From: a phage
Sequence record: AF056256.1
Reading direction: 5' to 3' (one strand)
DNA length: 728 bases
Part shown: positions 1-728 of the stretch, in pieces
Layout of the letters: the number at the start of each line of letters is the position of its first letter
Numbering within the stretch: the first letter of the stretch is position 1
The notes under the pieces: model-generated
What the model was told of the DNA's origin: nothing
Seen by the model: only the letters and a program-made list of their open reading frames with translations
The model's database searches: none
Translations under genes and position numbers: made by a program

Positions 1-39
1 ATCCCCTTTATGCAGGTTCNAATCCTGTCACCTCGGCCA
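1..39 (+). tRNA. 3' portion of a tRNA gene (anticodon-stem 3' strand/variable region, T-arm, acceptor 3' strand, discriminator, encoded CCA); 5' half lies upstream of the window; isotype not determinable
   Basis: Seen in sequence: gcagg(12-16)/cctgt(24-28) form a 5-bp stem (one G-U pair) around the 7-nt loop ttcnaat(17-23), giving the conserved G53-T54-T55-C56-R57-A58...C61 T-arm pattern. This is followed by a 7-nt strand cacctcg(29-35), one base g(36) and cca(37-39), matching canonical tRNA positions 49-76. The anticodon and 5' half are absent, so identity is unknown. Confidence 0.6.
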
Positions 40-62
40 ATTTTATTAACTGTAACTAAAAC

Positions 63-68
63 AAAGGA
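63..68 (+). promoter_or_regulatory. Shine-Dalgarno ribosome-binding site for the CDS starting at 74
   Basis: Seen in sequence: aaagga at 63-68, with the AAGGA core at 64-68, leaving 5 nt (aatat) before the ATG at 74-76. This is standard bacterial SD spacing. Confidence 0.6.
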
Positions 69-73
69 AATAT

Positions 74-517
74 ATGTTTAATACTAAAAATATGAAAGAA
101 CTGACTTCTGAGCAAAAAGTAATTCGCACTATTAAACGTTGGGGTATTGGTGCTGTAGTTGGTTTAGCAGGTTTAATCCTAGCTTTTAATTCATATACTA
201 TTGTTTCTGATGGTACGGTTAAAACCCAAACATTTCTAGGTAAAGTAGATCCTAACCCAGTATTACCTGGTTTCCATCTTGTAAACCCATTTGCATCTTT
301 CGATACTTTTAGTACAAAAGATATTGCTGTAAAATTAGATAAACTTCAGGTTCCTAGCCAGGATAAATTTAAATCCACTGTTGAACTGACTGTTATGTTA
401 CAATTTGATGGTTCTAAGGCGCGAATAACCGTATTAACGCAGGCGCCAGGATCAACACTAGACAAATATGTTACTGAAAAATACTGTCACTATCNTGANT
501 TCGGTAATCGTCCCTAA
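74..517 (+). CDS. SPFH/band-7 domain membrane protein (prohibitin/stomatin/HflK-HflC-like), N-terminal part; annotated stop is probably a sequencing artefact and the true CDS likely extends further 3'
   Basis: A 147-codon ORF from the provided track, with ATG at 74 preceded by an SD. AT-rich codon usage is consistent across 74-490. The translation has a basic N-terminus (MFNTKNMKELTSEQKVIRTIKR), then a hydrophobic stretch (WGIGAVVGLAGLILAF), then motifs I recognise by eye as SPFH-like (GTVKTQTFLGKV...PGFHLVNPF...STKD...SQDKFKSTVELTVMLQFDGSKA; compare the stomatin/prohibitin pattern G.v.v..f.g....PG.H...PF.....KD...V...V.YRV.nA). The family call is from recalled pattern, not a search. The TAA at 515-517 follows Ns at 495 and 499; 147 aa is too short for a complete SPFH domain protein (typically about 250-320 aa). 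Confidence 0.8.
   Translation: MFNTKNMKELTSEQKVIRTIKRWGIGAVVGLAGLILAFNSYTIVSDGTVKTQTFLGKVDPNPVLPGFHLVNPFASFDTFSTKDIAVKLDKLQVPSQDKFKSTVELTVMLQFDGSKARITVLTQAPGSTLDKYVTEKYCHYXXFGNRP
140..187 (+). other. Predicted single N-terminal transmembrane helix (signal-anchor) of the SPFH protein
   Basis: Residues about 23-38 (WGIGAVVGLAGLILAF) are uniformly hydrophobic or small. They are preceded by Lys/Arg-rich residues 5-22, which by the positive-inside rule suggests an N-in orientation with the SPFH domain outside the cytoplasm, as in HflK/HflC-type proteins. This is inference from composition only. Confidence 0.55.
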
Positions 518-728
518 GCCCAAATTGTTTGAAGCTAAACCCGCCCANTACAAACCCCATCCCCGGAAATGAAAAATTGCCACGCCTATGGTACCATTAA
601 CCATTTTCNTCCGGANATACTTGCCCGGTATTTGGACNGGTCNAANACCAATTCGGAAAAAAATTATCGNAANGGCCACCCAATCCNGGCGGTCCGGNTA
701 AAGTNCCGCCCNATCCCCTTTCAACCGA
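491..728. other. Low-confidence base-call region (read tail); no reliable feature calls possible
   Basis: Fourteen of the fifteen Ns in the window lie between 495 and 712. Composition shifts from AT-rich to C/G-rich with many doubled bases (cc, gg, aa runs), and every reading frame is broken by stops or X codons. This is typical of degraded Sanger trace ends. Confidence 0.7.

Noticed and set aside
1-39. Possibility that the T-arm/CCA structure is the 3' tRNA-like domain of tmRNA (ssrA), or that the tRNA isotype can be named
   Set aside because: The segment fits canonical tRNA positions 38-76 with a short (about 5-nt) variable region, but tmRNA cannot be excluded without the upstream sequence. 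The acceptor 3' strand cacctcg implies a 5' end of CGAGGUG or similar, which does not by itself identify the isotype; the anticodon is outside the window.
40-60. T-rich run after CCA (attttatt) as an intrinsic terminator
   Set aside because: There is no adjacent GC-rich hairpin immediately upstream of the T-run; the nearest stem is the tRNA T-arm, which is too distant. Not supported as a terminator.
92-94. Alternative in-frame start codon (Met7 of MFNTKNM)
   Set aside because: There is no purine-rich Shine-Dalgarno sequence within 5-10 nt upstream (context taatactaaaaat), whereas the ATG at 74 has AAGGA at correct spacing. The first ATG is kept as the start.
160-178. Near-tandem repetition ggtttagcaggtttaatcc
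   Set aside because: It simply encodes the Gly/Leu/Ala-rich transmembrane segment (GLAGLI); the repetitive codons reflect amino-acid composition, not a repeat element.
418-447. Short GC-rich inverted repeat inside the CDS: ggcgc (418-422) and gcgcc (443-447), separated by about 20 nt
   Set aside because: A 5-bp stem with a 20-nt loop is too weak to count as a structured element. It is in frame in coding sequence (K-A-R...Q-A-P) and ggcgcc is itself a 6-bp palindrome that arises easily by chance. No U-tract follows, so it is not a terminator.
458-724. Minus-strand ORF of 88 aa from the six-frame track
   Set aside because: It lies almost entirely in the low-quality tail and contains many X (N-derived) codons. 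It has no recognisable start context or domain-like pattern and overlaps the 3' end of the well-supported + strand CDS. Most likely a spurious frame.

Overview
This 728-nt window looks like a single-pass, Sanger-type read from an AT-rich bacterial or phage genome; base-call quality collapses after about position 490, where Ns cluster and composition changes. Three things are supportable. (1) Positions 1-39 (+) carry the 3' portion of a tRNA gene: a canonical T-arm (GGTTCnAATCC loop flanked by a 5-bp stem), a 7-nt acceptor 3' strand, a discriminator base and an encoded CCA. (2) A 34-nt AT-rich spacer follows, with an AAGGA Shine-Dalgarno 5 nt upstream of an ATG. (3) A + strand CDS runs 74..517 and encodes a protein with a basic N-terminus, one hydrophobic transmembrane helix and the start of an SPFH/band-7 (prohibitin/stomatin/HflKC-like) domain. 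Its TAA stop at 515-517 sits just after two Ns and is probably a read artefact, so the real gene likely continues. I see no CRISPR array, mobile-element gene or other evidence of a novel multi-gene system in this window. The most interesting point is the tRNA 3' end sitting directly beside a membrane SPFH gene, which may or may not mark the edge of an integrated element. All protein-family calls are from pattern recognition by eye, not from database searches.
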